DNA of 64,000 nt from Spirochaetaceae bacterium (GCA_026418115.1 JAOABY010000006.1:908-64907); one strand, 5' to 3'; shown: positions 1 through 9,987, numbered from the stretch's first letter. Made by a program: numbers and translations. Notes: a model not told the origin generated them from the sequence alone.

Positions 1-1
1 G

Positions 2-733
2 GATCGAGAACTCGTTGATCTTGCCGTGCAGACCCTGGGACTTCGCTCGGTGCAGCCCTTCGATCCCTCAAAAAAGATAGTGGAATGGGCAATGGCATCT
101 CCCGGTCCGCTTGTTTCCATGAAGGTGGATGAGTTTGTTGATCTTGTATCTTCCGACAGCCCTGCACCTGGTGGTGGTTCGGTTGCAGCACTTGCAGGTG
201 CGCTTGGAGCGGCGCTTGCTGCCATGGATGCCAACCTCACCCTGGGCAAGAAAGGCTATGAAGCACACTATCCACGGCTGTCGGAACTGGCCGTACAGGC
301 TCAAACGCTCAAGAAGGCTCTTGTCGATGCCATCGATGAGGATACTGCAGCCTTCAATGCTGTAATGGAGGCTATGCGTCTGCCAAAGGCAACGGATGCG
401 CAGAAAGCAGCCCGTGATGCCGCCCTCGATGCCGCACAGAAACAGGCTGCCCTCGTCCCGCTGACGACCGCGCGGCATTGCCTGCAGACAATGAAACTTG
501 CCGCAGAAGCTGCCAGACTTGGCAATGCCAACTCGGTCACAGACGCCGCAACAGGCTGCCATACTGCATATGCCGGACTCAAGGGCGCGCTCATGAATGT
601 GAAGATCAACCTCATGTCCCTGCAGGACGGTGATTTTGTCTCAAGTCTTAAAAAAGAGGCAGAAAGTCTCGCTCAGGAAGGGCAGAACATACTCGAGGAA
701 CTGGAAGCATTCATGAAAGAGGCCCTGGCCTGA
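2..733 (+). CDS. ftcD: Formimidoyltetrahydrofolate cyclodeaminase domain, 5' end cut by the window edge. Probably the C-terminal half of a bifunctional glutamate formimidoyltransferase/cyclodeaminase.
   Basis: The frame is open from nt 2, with no stop before the listed Met at 26. SPAPGGGSVAALAGALGAALAAM is the hallmark first helix of the cyclodeaminase fold. The preceding GLRSVQPFDPSKKIVEW resembles the transferase-cyclodeaminase linker. Confidence 0.8.
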   Translation, partial: DRELVDLAVQTLGLRSVQPFDPSKKIVEWAMASPGPLVSMKVDEFVDLVSSDSPAPGGGSVAALAGALGAALAAMDANLTLGKKGYEAHYPRLSELAVQAQTLKKALVDAIDEDTAAFNAVMEAMRLPKATDAQKAARDAALDAAQKQAALVPLTTARHCLQTMKLAAEAARLGNANSVTDAATGCHTAYAGLKGALMNVKINLMSLQDGDFVSSLKKEAESLAQEGQNILEELEAFMKEALA

Positions 734-836
734 ACGACCCGGCATGACAGGTAGCTTCGCCGCCCGTTTCTGCATTTTCATGCAATTCTACTCTTGACCC
801 GGGCGGCGATGCGTACTATACCTTGCGCTGAAATCA

Positions 837-1967
837 ATGCTGCATGGGGGCGCCGCTGTGAAAGGCTCCGATGTTACCGTTTCGGGCGTTTCCAAGTCCT
901 TTGGTGCATTCAAGGCACTCAAGGACGTCACTCTCTCTATTCAAAAGGGCGAATTTTTCTCGCTGCTCGGGCCGTCGGGTTGCGGCAAGACAACCCTTCT
1001 GAGACTCATCGGGGGATTTGAGGATCCCGATGCCGGCACCATCGAAATCGATGGCAGAAGTGTGCTCGGGCTTCCTCCCGACAAGCGTCACTGCAATACT
1101 GTCTTTCAGAGCTATGCTCTGTTCCCTCACCTGACAGTTTTTGAAAATGTGGCCTTTCCGCTTCGCATAAGGAAAACACCCCGAAAGATCATTGACGACC
1201 GGGTCATGCACTATCTCTCGCTGGTACAGCTTGAGATGCATGCAGGCAAAAAACCGTCACAGCTATCGGGCGGCCAGAAACAGCGCGTTGCAATCGCACG
1301 TGCCCTGATCAACGAGCCATCAATCCTGCTGCTGGACGAACCACTGTCCGCGCTCGATGCCAAGCTCAGACAGCACATGCTGATGGAACTTGACAGCATC
1401 CATGACAAGGTAGGCATCACCTTCATCTATGTCACGCATGATCAGCAGGAAGCGCTGTCGGTTTCCGATCGCATCGCAGTGATGAATGCGGGAGAAGTCC
1501 TGCAGGTCGGCTCTCCAAGGCAGATCTATGAAAACCCCTCGACCGAGTTCGTCGCACGATTCATAGGAGAGACGAATATCTTTGCCATGAAGATCACCGG
1601 CAAGGAGGGGGTGCATATCAGCGGTAAGGTAGCAGGTATCGGACCTCTGCTGGTTGACGACGAGACCGACGCGCAGGTGGGAGATGAGGCTCTGGCTACC
1701 ATCCGACCGGAAAAAATCCGCATATCGAGAGAGAAGCCACAGACCAATGGCGGCCGTATCAACATCATGCATGGCGTAGTAGCGGAACCCATCTACAGCG
1801 GCTTCCAGACCAAATATATCGTGCGGCTGGATAGCGGCATGACGGTTACGGTGTTTCGCCAGCATGCGAACTGGTCAGAAGGCATTCCCGATATCGACTG
1901 GAAAGATGAGGTATACCTGTCATTCAGCGCTGCCGATATGGTCATTGTAGAGAGGCGGGCGACATGA
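837..1967 (+). CDS. potA: Spermidine/putrescine ABC transporter ATP-binding protein
   Basis: Walker A GPSGCGKTT, ABC signature LSGGQKQRVAIARAL, Walker B ILLLDEPLSALD, and a C-terminal TOBE-like tail. First gene of a potABCD-ordered operon. Confidence 0.93.
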   Translation: MLHGGAAVKGSDVTVSGVSKSFGAFKALKDVTLSIQKGEFFSLLGPSGCGKTTLLRLIGGFEDPDAGTIEIDGRSVLGLPPDKRHCNTVFQSYALFPHLTVFENVAFPLRIRKTPRKIIDDRVMHYLSLVQLEMHAGKKPSQLSGGQKQRVAIARALINEPSILLLDEPLSALDAKLRQHMLMELDSIHDKVGITFIYVTHDQQEALSVSDRIAVMNAGEVLQVGSPRQIYENPSTEFVARFIGETNIFAMKITGKEGVHISGKVAGIGPLLVDDETDAQVGDEALATIRPEKIRISREKPQTNGGRINIMHGVVAEPIYSGFQTKYIVRLDSGMTVTVFRQHANWSEGIPDIDWKDEVYLSFSAADMVIVERRAT

Positions 1968-2845
1968 AGCAGCGAGCTGGATTCCTGTATACACTGCCGC
2001 AGATTCTCTGGCTGCTCGTGTTTTTTCTTGCGCCTCTCTGCATCATCATCGCCTATTCTTTTCTCAAGAAAGGACTTTATGGCGGAGTAGAACCCCAGTT
2101 CAGTCTTGAGGCATATCAGGCGATGGCGAACCCGTCGATTCTGATGGTAGCCTGGAGAACGCTCAGAATTTCGGTGATTGCAACCATTCTGACCATTTTG
2201 ATAGCGCTTCCCTGCGGTTACAGCATTGCACGATCTTCAAACCAGGCTATCCGGCTCTTTTTGGTAATTGTACCTTTCTGGACGAATTTTCTGGTGCGTA
2301 TCTATGCATGGATTGCCATTCTGGGCAATGAGGGTTTCATCAATGATATCATCAGATGGGTTGCGCCCGGGTCAGCAGGCATCCAGTTTCTGTACAATCA
2401 GTGGGCCGTGGTGCTGGTACTTGTCTACATGTACCTTCCCTATGCAATTCTGCCGCTGTTCTCAACGATAGACAAGTTCGATTTCACGCTGCTGGACGCT
2501 GCCCGAGATCTGGGAGCTACGCGATTCCAGTCCTATACCAGGGTGCTTCTCCCGAACATAAGATCGGGGCTCGTCACAGCCGGGCTTTTCACCTTTGTGC
2601 CGATTTTCGGAGCATACGCGGTGCCGCTGCTCATTGGAGGAAAAGATTCCTACATGCTGGGGAATATCATAGCCGACCAGCTTACCAAGACAAGAAACTG
2701 GCCCCTCGCCTCTGCAATCTCCATGACAGTGACACTCTCAACGACCATTCTGGTTTTCCTGGTTGCCTTGCGCAAGCCAAAAGAGCAGAAGTGGGTCTTC
2801 GATGCGGATCCATCTGCAGCCATGAGCGCTGCCGGGGGGAGGTGA
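1964..2845 (+). CDS. potB: Spermidine/putrescine ABC transporter permease
   Basis: Multi-TM protein with the EAA-type loop LLDAARDLGATRFQSYTRVLLPNI. Its ATG overlaps the potA stop (ATGA). Confidence 0.9.
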   Translation: MKQRAGFLYTLPQILWLLVFFLAPLCIIIAYSFLKKGLYGGVEPQFSLEAYQAMANPSILMVAWRTLRISVIATILTILIALPCGYSIARSSNQAIRLFLVIVPFWTNFLVRIYAWIAILGNEGFINDIIRWVAPGSAGIQFLYNQWAVVLVLVYMYLPYAILPLFSTIDKFDFTLLDAARDLGATRFQSYTRVLLPNIRSGLVTAGLFTFVPIFGAYAVPLLIGGKDSYMLGNIIADQLTKTRNWPLASAISMTVTLSTTILVFLVALRKPKEQKWVFDADPSAAMSAAGGR

Positions 2846-2848
2846 ATC

Positions 2849-3727
2849 ATGGTAAGCACCACTCATCATGGCCGCATGAGAAGACTGGCCATGCTATGGA
2901 GAATTCGACGCATTCTGAGAAAGGGAGGAAAGGCTGCCCGCAAGTTCATGCCGGTCCGTTCACCGGCTTCGAATCTCATCTACTGGGCTGTGATCGGCTT
3001 TCTCTTTCTGCCGCTCTTTGTACTGGTGTTCTATTCGTTCAATGCAGGAAGACAGGCGCAATGGCAGGGTTTTTCGCTGGTCTGGTACCAGCGCCTGGTG
3101 ATGGATTCTCCCGAGCTGTGGAGGGCGTTCACCAATTCAATCATGATTGCTGGAGGCTCAGCTCTGATGGCTACGGCAATCGGCACTTTGGCAGCAATCG
3201 GCACTACCCGGTATTCATTTAGATTGCGAAGCACGGTAGCAACGTTGAGCTTCATTCCGATGATACTCCCTGAAATCGTGGTTGGAGTCTCGCTGCTAGT
3301 GTTTTTTGCAGGAATCAGCCTGAAACTCGGTCTCTTTACGGTATGGATCGCCCATACAACCTTCAATATCCCCTATGTATACCTGCTCGTGTCTGCCCGT
3401 CTGGAAGAATCCGACCCGAGCATCATCGAGGCCGCAAAGGATCTGGGGGCGAATGAAATGCAGATTCTTTTCAGAATCATACTGCCAATGGCCCTCCCGG
3501 GGATTCTGTCCGCGTTCCTTACGGCAGTCACACTCTCGCTTGAGGATTTTGTCATCACCTTTTTCGTGACGGGGCCAGGAGGTACTACACTTCCGCTCTA
3601 TATCTATTCAATGATTCGTTTTGGCGTTTCACCTGTGATTAATGCACTTTCCGCTGTCATGGTGGCAGGGACTGTGCTGCTTGTCTATCCGGCTCGAAAT
3701 TTTCTCAAGGTTTTTGCTGCACGGTAG
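2849..3727 (+). CDS. potC: Spermidine/putrescine ABC transporter permease
   Basis: EAA loop IIEAAKDLGANEMQILFRIILPMALPG. SD GGGGAGGTG lies at 2836-2844, just before the ATG at 2849. Confidence 0.9.
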   Translation: MVSTTHHGRMRRLAMLWRIRRILRKGGKAARKFMPVRSPASNLIYWAVIGFLFLPLFVLVFYSFNAGRQAQWQGFSLVWYQRLVMDSPELWRAFTNSIMIAGGSALMATAIGTLAAIGTTRYSFRLRSTVATLSFIPMILPEIVVGVSLLVFFAGISLKLGLFTVWIAHTTFNIPYVYLLVSARLEESDPSIIEAAKDLGANEMQILFRIILPMALPGILSAFLTAVTLSLEDFVITFFVTGPGGTTLPLYIYSMIRFGVSPVINALSAVMVAGTVLLVYPARNFLKVFAAR

Positions 3728-3778
3728 GATATCGGCTTTGATTGCAGCGCAGGCTGCGCTGGTGGAAGGAGGTTGTGT

Positions 3779-4834
3779 ATGAATCGATGGTTGCGAAGGC
3801 TTGTTCTCAATATCGCGGGATTTGGCATGCTGGCTGCCCTGATCCTGACGGGGGGCTGTGCCAGAAGTACCGATAAGACGCTCTATATCTTCAATTGGAC
3901 TTACTATACACCAGATTCGGTTATTCAGAAGTTCGAGAAAGAATACGGAGTCAAGGTCGTATACGACACTTTTGCATCGAATGAGGAAATGTTCGCCAAA
4001 CTCAAGGCGGGCGGCTCTTCGTACGATATCACCTTCCCTTCGGGCGATTATGTCTCGATCATGAAGAAAGAGAACATGCTCGAGAAGATCGACCGGTCCA
4101 AACTGAAGAATTTTGCCAACATCGATCCCGAAGTACTCAAGCTGTGTGATTTCGACCCGGGCAATGAATATTCAGTGCCCTATTACCTGGGGGCCGCGGG
4201 GGTCGCGGTAAATACAACCAAAGTCCAGAATTATGAGAAATCATGGTCAATCTTCGAACGCAAGGATCTGGCGAATCGAATGATCATGCTGGATGACATG
4301 CGTGAAGTGATGGGCGATGCACTCAAATATCTTGGCTATTCGGTGAACACAACCGACCAGGCGCAGATAGACCAGGCGCGCGATCTCATCAATAATGTGT
4401 GGAAACCCAATCTGCTCAAATTTGATGCGGAGGCTTTTGCAAAGAGTTTTGCGGCGGGAGAAGTCTGGGTGGCGCAGGGCTATGCAGAATCCATTTTCGC
4501 AGAGGTGGACAAGTCCAGATGGGGAGAAGTCGATTTCTTCATCCCGAAGGAAGGAGGGCCGAGCTATCTCGATTCGATGGTCATTCTGAAGAATGCAAAG
4601 CATAAAGACCTTGCGTATCTGTTCATCGACTTCATTCACCGTCCGGAAATCTATGCGGAATTCTGTGATTACTTCGGATTCCCCTCAACAGTCAATGTAC
4701 CGGCACGAGCCCTCAAGAAAGGCGAAATGTGGTACAGGCCTGAGGATCTTACGGCATGTGAACTCAAGAAGGATGTTGGAGCAGACCTTGAAAAATACAA
4801 CGCAGCATGGCAGGTAATCAGGGTAGGCAAGTAA
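3779..4834 (+). CDS. potD: Spermidine/putrescine-binding periplasmic lipoprotein
   Basis: Lipobox LTGGC. YIFNWTYYTPDSVIQKFEKEYGVKVVYDTFASNEEMFAKLKAGG matches the PotD/PotF N-terminal signature. SD GGAAGGAGG lies 6 nt before the ATG at 3779 (the ORF track starts at a TTG at 3773). Confidence 0.9.
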   Translation: MNRWLRRLVLNIAGFGMLAALILTGGCARSTDKTLYIFNWTYYTPDSVIQKFEKEYGVKVVYDTFASNEEMFAKLKAGGSSYDITFPSGDYVSIMKKENMLEKIDRSKLKNFANIDPEVLKLCDFDPGNEYSVPYYLGAAGVAVNTTKVQNYEKSWSIFERKDLANRMIMLDDMREVMGDALKYLGYSVNTTDQAQIDQARDLINNVWKPNLLKFDAEAFAKSFAAGEVWVAQGYAESIFAEVDKSRWGEVDFFIPKEGGPSYLDSMVILKNAKHKDLAYLFIDFIHRPEIYAEFCDYFGFPSTVNVPARALKKGEMWYRPEDLTACELKKDVGADLEKYNAAWQVIRVGK

Positions 4835-4843
4835 GCGTGCAGC

Positions 4844-4875
4844 GGGCATGACAGGCTTCGGGTCCTGTCATGCCC
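4844..4875. terminator. Perfect 12-bp hairpin between convergent potD and the rhodanese gene
   Basis: GGGCATGACAGG (4844-4855) pairs with CCTGTCATGCCC (4864-4875), with an 8-nt loop. There is no clear U-tract on either strand. Confidence 0.5.
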
Positions 4876-4895
4876 ATGTGCACCATCTCTACTGA

Positions 4896-5183
4896 TTAAT
4901 AATTGGGCATGTCATACAGGCCGCCCGCATTGTAGACCTGGGCGAAACCCATCATCTTGAGTATTCTTGCCGCATAGGCAGAGCGCGCGCCTGATGCACA
5001 GTACAGCACAACCGGCTTGTCCTTCGGGCCGATCTCGTCTGCCCGTTCTGCAATCTGATCAACAGGAATGCAGCGCGCATTTGGATAGTGCTCATCCTCG
5101 AATTCCTCTTCCGTGCGGACATCGATGACTGCCGCTCCCTGGTTGATGAGATCCTCAATGGACGTGTGTGTTCTTGCAAACAT
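4896..5183 (-). CDS. Single-domain rhodanese (sulfurtransferase)
   Basis: Active-site loop VVLYCASGARSAYAA (CxxGxR). At 95 aa it has the size of a stand-alone rhodanese. Confidence 0.85.
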   Translation of the reverse strand: MFARTHTSIEDLINQGAAVIDVRTEEEFEDEHYPNARCIPVDQIAERADEIGPKDKPVVLYCASGARSAYAARILKMMGFAQVYNAGGLYDMPNY

Positions 5184-5231
5184 GGTGTTTCCTCCCTCTT
5201 CGTGTTTGATGCAGTGTTTCAGAAACGGCGA

Positions 5232-6890
5232 TCACCGTTCGATATACTCGAGAAGTGCCGGCAGCAGCGACAGGCTTGTGTAGCCGCCGCTTACATACGC
5301 AACATCATTCCTGCCATTCTGGACAAGCTGACGGTAGGCCAGGTGACCTTCGAAGCCAGCCTTGCTCACTATCAGCAGACGTCCTTCGGGCAGCTCATCC
5401 ATGCGGTCGCGCAGTTCATCGACTGGAAGATGGATGCTTCCTGCGAGGTGGCCTTTGAGATATTCGTTATATGTTCGAACATCCACGATGGCTGCTTCCT
5501 TGCGCGCGATGATACCTGAGGCTTCCTTTGCCGTGACAAACCTGGAGTATCCCTGCAGGTCGTTGATCGCGGCAAAGGCTGCCATCTGCAAGGGATCATT
5601 GGCGCTTGAGTAGGGTGGGGCATAGGCCAGATCCAGTTCGCTCAGCTGTTCCAGTGTGAGACCTGCATAAACTGCAGTTGCCAGAACGTCGATCCGTTTT
5701 TCCACGCCTTCTGTGCCAAATGCCTGAGCACCCAGTACACGACCGTTGCGCGTGTCGTATACGATTTTCAGGCTGAGGTCCTGAGCGCCGGGATAGTAGG
5801 TTGCATGATGGGCCTTATGGATGGTAACTGCCTTGCATGGGATACCTGCAGCCTCGGCGGCTTTCTCTGACAACCCGGTCATGGAGAAGGTAGCATCCAT
5901 AACCTTCACGACAGAAGTTCCCAATGCACCCGTGTAGCGCATCGAACCGCCAAGAGCGTTCGTTGCAGCGATGCGCCCCTGCCGGTTTGCCGGCCCTGCA
6001 AGAGGAATCCGTACGCGGGCTCCGTCTACACGGCGGACGACTTCCACCATGTCGCCAGCTGCATAAATGGAAGGATCGCTGGTTCGGAGGAATTCATCGA
6101 CAAGGATGCCACCGCTCTGGCCAAGCTCGAGTCCGGCATCCTTCGCGAGCTGCACGTTCGGGCGCACTCCTACCGCGAGGATTACGAGATCCGCCTCTAC
6201 GCTGCTGCCATTGCTCAGGTTGGCAGTTCTCAGGTTCCAGTCGATAGAGGTCACCGAGGCATTGGTGATCACCTTCACACCGTGTTCCTCAAGCGCATGG
6301 GCGATCTGGGAGCCAAATTCAGGGTCTGCGGGAGGCATGACATGAGGCATCAACTCCACGAGTGTGGTACGCATGCCTCGCTTGGCAAGTGCTTCCGCTG
6401 CTTCAAGACCGATGAAACCACCGCCGATGACAAGTGCAGTTGAAGGATTCTGTTCTTTGATGAAGGCTTCGATCCTGTCGGTATCGGGGATTGTCCACAA
6501 GGTAAATACATTGGGGCTCTCAATACCTGCAATCGGAGGGCGGACAGGACTTCCGCCAAGAGCGAGTATCAGCGCATCATAAGGTTCTTCCTGAATGCTG
6601 CCGTCTTTTGCTCTCGTCAGCACCTTGTGTCCCTGCCGATCGATGCCAACCGCTTCGGTGTTGAGTTTGACCTGGACACGATAGCGTGCGAAGAATCCCT
6701 CGGCCGTCTGAAGAATGAGGTGCCCCCGTTTCTGGATATCACCAGAGATCCGATAGGGCAGTCCGCAATTCGCAAACGATACATAGGGACCTTTTTCCAA
6801 TATGATAATTTCCGCATGCTCGTCCAGTCTTCGAGCTCGCGCGGCGGCTGTTGCACCGGCAGCAACACCACCGATAATGACAAGCTTCAT
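5232..6890 (-). CDS. CoA-disulfide reductase / NAD(FAD)-dependent persulfide-reductase-like flavoprotein with a C-terminal rhodanese-like domain
   Basis: FAD Rossmann motif VIIGGVAAGATAA, redox Cys motif SFANCGLPY, second Rossmann motif ALVIGGGFIGLE. The C-terminal ~100 aa has a rhodanese layout (YLKGHLAGSIHLP ... LLIVSKAGFEG). Confidence 0.85.
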   Translation of the reverse strand: MKLVIIGGVAAGATAAARARRLDEHAEIIILEKGPYVSFANCGLPYRISGDIQKRGHLILQTAEGFFARYRVQVKLNTEAVGIDRQGHKVLTRAKDGSIQEEPYDALILALGGSPVRPPIAGIESPNVFTLWTIPDTDRIEAFIKEQNPSTALVIGGGFIGLEAAEALAKRGMRTTLVELMPHVMPPADPEFGSQIAHALEEHGVKVITNASVTSIDWNLRTANLSNGSSVEADLVILAVGVRPNVQLAKDAGLELGQSGGILVDEFLRTSDPSIYAAGDMVEVVRRVDGARVRIPLAGPANRQGRIAATNALGGSMRYTGALGTSVVKVMDATFSMTGLSEKAAEAAGIPCKAVTIHKAHHATYYPGAQDLSLKIVYDTRNGRVLGAQAFGTEGVEKRIDVLATAVYAGLTLEQLSELDLAYAPPYSSANDPLQMAAFAAINDLQGYSRFVTAKEASGIIARKEAAIVDVRTYNEYLKGHLAGSIHLPVDELRDRMDELPEGRLLIVSKAGFEGHLAYRQLVQNGRNDVAYVSGGYTSLSLLPALLEYIER

Positions 6891-7010
6891 TCTTTCCTCC
6901 TGAATGGTAACAACAATATATATAAAAAATGATATATTGTCAAGAGGATATTGATTTCAATACCCAGGGTGCTGTTGCACCATGCTATTGCCTTGCTGTA
7001 CAACAACTGC

Positions 7011-8216
7011 ATGAAGCTTTCCTTTTCCAGCAGATCCGATGCAGGTGATTTGCCTCCCAATAGACTAGCGGCAGCTCGCGCACGTCTCCTTGCTGAGGGG
7101 ATAACAATTGATGAATTTTCTTTGAGCAATCCCACACGTGCTGGTTTTGTCAGACCTCCGGAGCTTTTTGTGCTGGATGATCCAGGTAATGCCCGCTATG
7201 ATCCGGATCCGCTCGGCCTGTTGTCCGCGCGAGAGGCATTGAGTGCACACTATGCAACTCTCCACCGAAATGTAGATCCGGGTAGACTTGTCCTCTGTGC
7301 ATCGACATCAGAGGCGTATTCCTGGTTGTTCAAGATTTACTGCGATCCCGGCGATGCAGTGATGGTTCCCAAGCCAGGGTACCCGCTTTTTGAACATCTG
7401 GCATGTCTTGAGTCTGTTCAGACAGTACCCTATCGTCTCGAATATGTGCATCCCAAGGGATGGAGGATAGACATTGAACATCTCGAGGATTCGATCAGAC
7501 AGCTGGGAACCCGATGCAAGGCACTCATACTGATCAACCCCAACAACCCCACCGGCTCGTACATTCACGAAAGAGAAAGATCGTCTGTCATCGATCTCTG
7601 TGCGCGCCATAACCTCGTGCTTGTGGTTGATGAAGTATTCTTCGATTTTTCTCTCGAGAGGCATCCTCAGCAGAAAAGCTTCATGGGTACTTCTGAAGTG
7701 CTTACTCTGGTACTCGATGGGTTATCCAAACGTCTGGGGATGCCACAGATGAAGCTTGGATGGATTGCTGTTGCAGGCCCTGATGATGTCTGCATGAAGA
7801 CGATGGCACGGCTGGAACTGGTAGCAGATACCTTTCTTTCTACAGGAACTCCCATAATGCGTGCTCTGCCAGGACTTCTGCAGCATGAGCAGGCTTTCAT
7901 CGAAATGGTTCGCACCAGAATGCGTCAAAATTATGCCATCTATCATGAGGTCCTCGAAGGCGCAGAAAGTCCGCACCGTCTGCTGGCCTGCGAGGGAGGA
8001 TGGACGGCGCTCGTGGAGAGTCCTGCCATTGCAGATGAAGAATCCATCGCACTCAGGCTGCTCGAGGATGCATCACTTTCGATCCAGCCGGGATTCTTCT
8101 TCGATATGGAGCGAGGTGCCCATTTTGCGCTGAGTCTGATTCTGGAACCTGCAGCCGCACGAGCATACGCCAGCAGATATGTATCCTGCTTTCAGCGTAT
8201 GCTGATGGATGTATAG
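7011..8216 (+). CDS. PLP-dependent class I/II aminotransferase (AlaC-like)
   Basis: INPNNPTGS motif and PLP-lysine context LDGLSKRLGMPQMKLGW. The start is placed at the ATG at 7011; the ORF-track start at 6951 is a TTG in an AT-rich promoter region. Confidence 0.85.
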   Translation: MKLSFSSRSDAGDLPPNRLAAARARLLAEGITIDEFSLSNPTRAGFVRPPELFVLDDPGNARYDPDPLGLLSAREALSAHYATLHRNVDPGRLVLCASTSEAYSWLFKIYCDPGDAVMVPKPGYPLFEHLACLESVQTVPYRLEYVHPKGWRIDIEHLEDSIRQLGTRCKALILINPNNPTGSYIHERERSSVIDLCARHNLVLVVDEVFFDFSLERHPQQKSFMGTSEVLTLVLDGLSKRLGMPQMKLGWIAVAGPDDVCMKTMARLELVADTFLSTGTPIMRALPGLLQHEQAFIEMVRTRMRQNYAIYHEVLEGAESPHRLLACEGGWTALVESPAIADEESIALRLLEDASLSIQPGFFFDMERGAHFALSLILEPAAARAYASRYVSCFQRMLMDV

Positions 8217-8257
8217 TCGAGCAACCTCAAAATCGATATTGTACGAATCAGAATCTT

Positions 8258-9160
8258 ATGGAGGTTACGAACATGGCCGCAACGATCATCGATGGCAAGG
8301 CCATTGCCTCGGCCATCAGAAGCGAGCTGGCTGAGCAGGTGGCTGAGCTTGCGCAGAAAGGGCTGAGGCCGGGATTGGCGGTGATTCTGGTGGGTGAAGA
8401 TCCGGCATCGGTATCCTATGTGACTGCCAAGGAGAAAGCATGTGCCGAGATTGGCATTGCCAGTTTTGAAACCAGGTTGCCGCAGGACGTTCCTCAACAG
8501 AAGCTTCTGGATGTGATCAATGCTGCCAATATGGATCCTGATGTACATGGCATTCTGGTCCAGCTGCCATTGCCTCGCCATATCGATGAAAGAGCAGTGA
8601 TACGAACTATCCATCCTGACAAGGATGTCGATGGCTTTACCCCTGTCAATCTGGGTAGAATGCTGCTGGAAGAGCCTTGTTTCCTGCCATGCACGCCTCA
8701 TGGCATCATTGAATTGCTGGTGCGCAGTGGCGTCCCTACATCCGGCGCTCATGCGGTCGTGGTAGGACGATCCAATATCGTCGGCAAACCTCTGGCCAAT
8801 CTTCTGATTCGCAAATCGATCAATGCCACGCTGACAGTCTGCCACACCGGCACGAGAGATCTGGCTTCTCATGTGAGGAGCGCTGACATCGTGGTTGCGT
8901 GTGCCGGCCGCCCAGGACTTGTTACGGCAGACATGATCAAACCAGGTGCCTGTGTGATAGATGTTGGAGTAAACAGGGTACCTGATCCTTCAAAAAAGCA
9001 AGGATACAGGCTTTGTGGTGATGTTGATTTCGAGGCTGCAGCACAGGTGGCCGGCTGGATCACTCCTGTACCGGGAGGGGTAGGGCCCATGACCATCACC
9101 ATGCTCCTTGCCAACACCATAGAGGCATGCCGCAGACTCGCCGGGAGCAGGGTATCATGA
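8258..9160 (+). CDS. folD: Bifunctional methylenetetrahydrofolate dehydrogenase / methenyltetrahydrofolate cyclohydrolase
   Basis: ILVGEDPASVSYVTAKEKAC, VQLPLPRHID and VVVGRSNIVGKPLANLL are classic FolD motifs. SD GGAGG lies upstream. Confidence 0.95.
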   Translation: MEVTNMAATIIDGKAIASAIRSELAEQVAELAQKGLRPGLAVILVGEDPASVSYVTAKEKACAEIGIASFETRLPQDVPQQKLLDVINAANMDPDVHGILVQLPLPRHIDERAVIRTIHPDKDVDGFTPVNLGRMLLEEPCFLPCTPHGIIELLVRSGVPTSGAHAVVVGRSNIVGKPLANLLIRKSINATLTVCHTGTRDLASHVRSADIVVACAGRPGLVTADMIKPGACVIDVGVNRVPDPSKKQGYRLCGDVDFEAAAQVAGWITPVPGGVGPMTITMLLANTIEACRRLAGSRVS

Positions 9161-9987
9161 TCGATGTCCAGTCCCAGCTCGACGAACGCAAGATTCCCAT
9201 CCAGAAAGTAGGGGTCAAGGGTGTACGATATCCGATCACTCTTCTGGACAAGACGGAGAAGCTTCAGCACACGACGGCGGTGGTGAATCTGTATGCAGAC
9301 TTGCCGCACCATTTCAAGGGTACGCACATGAGCAGATTCATCGAGGTATTCGAGGAATTCCGTCATGACGTTTCCATGCCGAACGTACTCAGGATGCTGC
9401 GCAAAATCCGTGCCGAGCTTGAAGCCGACACCGCCTATGCAGATATGCATTTCCCCTATTTTGTCAAAAAATCGGCCCCGGTCACCGGTCAGGTGTCAGT
9501 GATGAGCTATGATTGTGTCTATGAGGCAAGCTGCTCAACCAAGGGCCACAGATTTGTTGCTGGTGTGACGGTACCGGTACAGACAGTCTGCCCCTGTTCC
9601 AAAGCCATCTCTGATGGAGGAGCTCATAACCAGCGGGGGCTGGTCACGCTCAGGGTGTCGCTGGGGCCGTTTTTCTGGTTTGAGGATCTTATCAGAATAG
9701 TGGAAGAATCAGGTTCCAGCGAAATCTTTACTCTGCTCAAGAGAGAAGACGAAAAGTTCGTGACCGAAAGAGCATATGCCCATCCCCGTTTTGTAGAGGA
9801 TGTCGTGCGCGAGGTGTATCAGAAGGTTGATGCACTCGGGATTTTCCCCTGGTTCAGCGTAGAAGCGGAGAACTTCGAGAGCATCCACAATCATTCTGCG
9901 TATGCATATGTAGAGAAGTCTGATCGAGCTGCACTGCCCGCCGTGACAGGACAGGATCTGGATCAGGCGAAACCTGTTGAGCTTTGA
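9157..9987 (+). CDS. folE2: GTP cyclohydrolase I type 2 (GCYH-IB)
   Basis: IPIQKVGVKGVRYPI and VCPCSKAIS motifs. Its ATG overlaps the folD stop (ATGA at 9157-9160). Confidence 0.88.
   Translation: MIDVQSQLDERKIPIQKVGVKGVRYPITLLDKTEKLQHTTAVVNLYADLPHHFKGTHMSRFIEVFEEFRHDVSMPNVLRMLRKIRAELEADTAYADMHFPYFVKKSAPVTGQVSVMSYDCVYEASCSTKGHRFVAGVTVPVQTVCPCSKAISDGGAHNQRGLVTLRVSLGPFFWFEDLIRIVEESGSSEIFTLLKREDEKFVTERAYAHPRFVEDVVREVYQKVDALGIFPWFSVEAENFESIHNHSAYAYVEKSDRAALPAVTGQDLDQAKPVEL

Noticed and set aside
741-759. GGCATGACAGG(TA)GCTTCG just after the ftcD stop, repeated at 4845-4860 just after the potD stop, so that it appears to flank the pot operon
   Set aside because: An 11-mer match is expected hundreds of times by chance among all pairs in 64 kb. 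Only the second copy forms a hairpin. This is not enough to call a repeat element.
794-822. Possible potA promoter (TTGACC ... TACTAT/TATACC)
   Set aside because: The spacer is 14 nt for the good -10. With a 17-nt spacer the -10 is poor (TATACC). Support is too weak to list as a feature.
8192-8872. 226-aa minus-strand ORF. Similar long antisense or alternative-frame ORFs occur at 2356..3222, 9709..10359, 25314..26096, 35565..36095, 36569..37207, 37722..38555 and 53092..53811.
   Set aside because: Each overlaps a confidently identified gene (folD, potB/C, folE2, amrB, dctQ, dctM, the carboxypeptidase, the HExxH lipoprotein). None shows a recognisable motif. They are artefacts of a moderately GC-rich genome with few stops in non-coding frames.
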